This document shows, piece after piece, positions 61,469-64,000 of a stretch of 64,000 nucleotides of DNA. The stretch covers positions 39,027 through 103,026 of the forward strand of contig JAZSHL010000047.1 in NCBI GenBank assembly GCA_045533205.1, given 5' to 3'. Origin of the DNA: Acutalibacteraceae bacterium. GTDB taxonomy: Bacteria > Bacillota > Clostridia > Oscillospirales > Acutalibacteraceae. Made by a program: the position numbers and the translations under genes. Positions within the stretch are counted from its first letter, which is position 1; every line of letters begins with the position of its first letter. The notes below the pieces were generated by a model, which did not search any database, was not told where the DNA came from, and saw only the letters and a program-made list of their open reading frames with translations.

Positions 61469-62577
61469 TATATTTCTCCTTTCATGTTCAGCATAATCCC
61501 TGTAGATATAATCATAATAAAGCTTTCAAATATACTCAGAAGAATAAGAATTCTTATTCCTGTATAAAACACCCTGAATGCTCCGGAGGCTTCATCCATT
61601 TCAAGAATATCGGCAATATATGACAGCGCCGAAAAAGAGATGCAATATAAAGCCCCTTCAAAAACAGCAGGAAAGCTTATAATTACAACAGCAAGAATCG
61701 CAATTGCGGCAACAGAGCCCTTTATAAGGCTGATACTGCCGATAAGCGAAGAATAAGCATCGCTTATGGATGAGCCCACAATCGGTATCAGGCTGCTCAG
61801 AAGAAATCTGATTCCCTTGGCAGATGCAGAATCAACCGAAACAGACAGCACGCCCTTGATTGACAACAGTGCCGTGAAGATACATGAAAGAAAGCCTATT
61901 ACAAAGCCTGTGACTTTGTTTACTGTATTTAAGAAACGATTGACATTCGTCATGCTGTTCATTGAAAAACTGATTGAAAGGCAAAAATAACAGCCTAATA
62001 TTGATGTGGCAAAGTTATTTATAAATGCAGAAATGCCTTCAGAAAATAAAAGTGAAATCGTATTGTATGTAACTGCTCCGCCCGGACTGCCGCTCAGCGC
62101 AACAAGCAAGGTGAATATCGGAATGAAGGCCAGCATGAAGTCGCCGCTTATCTTCATAGTGCTCAGAAGCAGATTTATGACAGGATTAAGTCTTGTTACT
62201 GAAACAACAATAATAACTGATGCTGAAAGAATCTTCAGCGCTTTATCTTTTTTATCAATCTGAAAAACAGACATGGCTATACTGCTAACAAGAATCACAG
62301 ATAAAAGAATAAAGAAATCCCTGACTGTGCTTTTTATTGAGCTTAACATATCTTCAGAGAAATACTCTGCAATTTCGTTGAATGACACAGAATATATATT
62401 ATCAATTTCCAGATCATCTATACCAAGCGAATCAAGAGCATCTTTTGTGCTGTCATCAATTGATGAAAAGAAGCTTTCACTGAAATACAGCTCATCATAT
62501 TGCTGCGCATATGCAGAAACAGTGCAAAAGGATAATAAAACAAGAGGCATGATTAACAAATATATTATTTTTTTCAT
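61468..62577 (-). CDS. spoIIIAE: Stage III sporulation protein AE.
   Basis: Signal peptide plus a polytopic membrane domain, and its operon position. Confidence 0.8.
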   Translation of the reverse strand: MKKIIYLLIMPLVLLSFCTVSAYAQQYDELYFSESFFSSIDDSTKDALDSLGIDDLEIDNIYSVSFNEIAEYFSEDMLSSIKSTVRDFFILLSVILVSSIAMSVFQIDKKDKALKILSASVIIVVSVTRLNPVINLLLSTMKISGDFMLAFIPIFTLLVALSGSPGGAVTYNTISLLFSEGISAFINNFATSILGCYFCLSISFSMNSMTNVNRFLNTVNKVTGFVIGFLSCIFTALLSIKGVLSVSVDSASAKGIRFLLSSLIPIVGSSISDAYSSLIGSISLIKGSVAAIAILAVVIISFPAVFEGALYCISFSALSYIADILEMDEASGAFRVFYTGIRILILLSIFESFIMIISTGIMLNMKGEI

Positions 62578-62954
62578 TTAACAAAGCTTACGGCAATTTC
62601 AAGCACATCTGTTATGAAGGGCAGTGAAACGACGAAAATCATTATTTTTCCTCCTAACTCTATAATATCCTCAACAAGATAGTTACCGCTTTCGTGGCAG
62701 ACGTCGCACGAAAGCTTTGTAATAACAGTTACGGCTGCTGCTTTTAATATCGTTTTCAAAACATCACTTCTTACAGGCATAGTTTCAACAGTGTTTATGA
62801 ACCTGGTGATAAACAGCTCTGTTTCAGACAGTATGTAAAAGGTGAAAATTATCGCTGCGCAGACACTGAAAGGTACAAACAGCTCTTTTGCGGTGCATCT
62901 GATAACGACACCGAGCGTTGAGGCAATAATAGCAAATATAAGTAATCTCAGCAT
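62574..62954 (-). CDS. spoIIIAD: Stage III sporulation protein AD.
   Basis: 126 aa from the ATG at 62954. C-terminal ELGGKIMIFVVSLP resembles B. subtilis ELAGKILILVMAVP. Confidence 0.75.
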   Translation of the reverse strand: MLRLLIFAIIASTLGVVIRCTAKELFVPFSVCAAIIFTFYILSETELFITRFINTVETMPVRSDVLKTILKAAAVTVITKLSCDVCHESGNYLVEDIIELGGKIMIFVVSLPFITDVLEIAVSFVK

Positions 62955-62955
62955 A

Positions 62956-63150
62956 TCAGAAGTCCGCCAGATCCTTGATGTTTTCAAGCAAATCCTTTAT
63001 TTCGGGAATCAGAAGAAACAGAACTATTATAATACCTGTCAGAGTTGTTATCATCGCATATTCACCCTTATCAGTGCGTGAAAGAATCTGATTGAGAACC
63101 GCAACAATTATTCCTATTCCTGCAACCTTAAAAAGTAAATCAATCCCCAT
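62956..63150 (-). CDS. spoIIIAC: Stage III sporulation protein AC.
   Basis: MGIDLLFKVAGIGIIVAVLNQIL...KGEYA resembles B. subtilis SpoIIIAC. Confidence 0.75.
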   Translation of the reverse strand: MGIDLLFKVAGIGIIVAVLNQILSRTDKGEYAMITTLTGIIIVLFLLIPEIKDLLENIKDLADF

Positions 63151-63161
63151 TTCAACCTCCG

Positions 63162-63665
63162 TTACATAAGCAAAATAAATAATGCACAGCCGAATAAAAA
63201 GCCTGATATGATAATCGGCGTGGTGTATTTTTTTCTTTCGTTCTCTGCAAACTCATATTGCCTGATAAAATATTCCCTGAACAGGCAGATTGTTCTTGTC
63301 TGATTCTCCGTATCTGTTTTTCCTATACATGTGCTGAAAACTGAGAGCTTGTTGATTTCTTCTTTCTTCAGCCGCAATTTGCAGCTTAGAACTGATTGCC
63401 TCCACGCATCAGGAAAATCTAACCCGTCATCAAGTAAAAATGAGCATACTTTCAGAAACCGCAATTCATCATATATACTTTCATTATTTAATATGTATAC
63501 GACTTCACTGACAGGCATCATCAATGTGTTCATGTTATACTGAAACGAATCAATCAAAAGAATAATTTTTTCAAGCTGGCTGACTCTTGCTTTAAGATAA
63601 AAAACTATACTCCGACTCAGAAGAATCAGACAAATCCATATTAATACTCCGCCTGTAAATTTCAT
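63162..63665 (-). CDS. spoIIIAB: Stage III sporulation protein AB.
   Basis: The ATG at 63665 (MKFTGGVLIWI...) after AGGTGA gives 167 aa. Operon position supports the call. Confidence 0.7.
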   Translation of the reverse strand: MKFTGGVLIWICLILLSRSIVFYLKARVSQLEKIILLIDSFQYNMNTLMMPVSEVVYILNNESIYDELRFLKVCSFLLDDGLDFPDAWRQSVLSCKLRLKKEEINKLSVFSTCIGKTDTENQTRTICLFREYFIRQYEFAENERKKYTTPIIISGFLFGCALFILLM

Positions 63666-64000
63666 CACGAAGCTCACCTGTTTCATATATACCTGATATT
63701 TTTCCGACATTTTCGGCGCCCATTAAAAGGACAAGCTTATCAAAAGAATATGTATTAATCAGCTCTCTGATCTGCGGCTTATTTACAATTTCATTTATTG
63801 TTGAAGCGTGAATTGTGACAAACAGCTTCACACCGCAATTTGATGCTGAGCTTATGGCTTCAATTTCAGATTTTTCGCTGACTTCATCAATTGCAATCAC
63901 CTGAGGTGACATTGTTCTGACGGCCATATTCAACGCCTTCGTTTTAGGGTATGAATTATACACATCGGTGTTTATACCTAAATTTGCAATTCCTGCCGAA
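63592..64000 (-). CDS. spoIIIAA: Stage III sporulation protein AA (ATPase), C-terminal part. The 5' end lies outside the window.
   Basis: The frame is open to position 64000 (...SAGIANLGINTDVYNSYPKTKALNMAVRTMSPQVIAIDEV...). MSPQVIAIDE is the Walker B region. Confidence 0.75.
   Translation of the reverse strand, partial: SAGIANLGINTDVYNSYPKTKALNMAVRTMSPQVIAIDEVSEKSEIEAISSASNCGVKLFVTIHASTINEIVNKPQIRELINTYSFDKLVLLMGAENVGKISGIYETGELRDEIYRRSINMDLSDSSESEYSFLS

Noticed and set aside
63592-63665. A 74-nt overlap between the spoIIIAA 3' end and the chosen spoIIIAB start.
   Set aside because: It depends on start-codon choice and on an unusually long SpoIIIAA tail. Overlaps are common in this operon, and I see nothing that points to more than annotation ambiguity.

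Overview
This window comes from the chromosome of an endospore-forming Firmicute, probably a Clostridia-like organism (inferred from spoIIIAA-AH, spoVM and ytfJ). From about 7.8 kb to 64 kb it is almost entirely core genes. About 55 of roughly 60 lie on the minus strand. They form two blocks whose gene order mirrors Bacillus subtilis operons: yicC-remA-gmk-rpoZ-priA-def-fmt-rsmB-rlmN-prpC-prkC-rsgA-spoVM, and spoIIIAA-AH-nusB-xseA-xseB-ispA-dxs-tlyA-nadK-argR-recN. Between them lie tyrS, scpAB, prmC, a two-component system, two M42 peptidases, a GH38 mannosidase and similar genes. The first ~7.6 kb is clearly different. It is more AT-rich: I counted 18 G+C in the 60 nt at 3001-3060, against 26 of 60 at 20401-20460. 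It is packed with very short minus-strand ORFs that encode hydrophobic proteins. It carries a Zot/pI-like P-loop ATPase, a truncated HUH rolling-circle Rep that runs off the window start, and a divergent XRE repressor with a three-palindrome operator region. A non-coding region between Zot and Rep holds a 36-nt perfect alternating pyrimidine-purine GC tract. I read this as an integrated filamentous (inovirus-type) prophage, and it is the main candidate for something new. I saw no rRNA, tRNA or CRISPR array. All functional calls rest on motifs and synteny recognised by eye. No database search was run.
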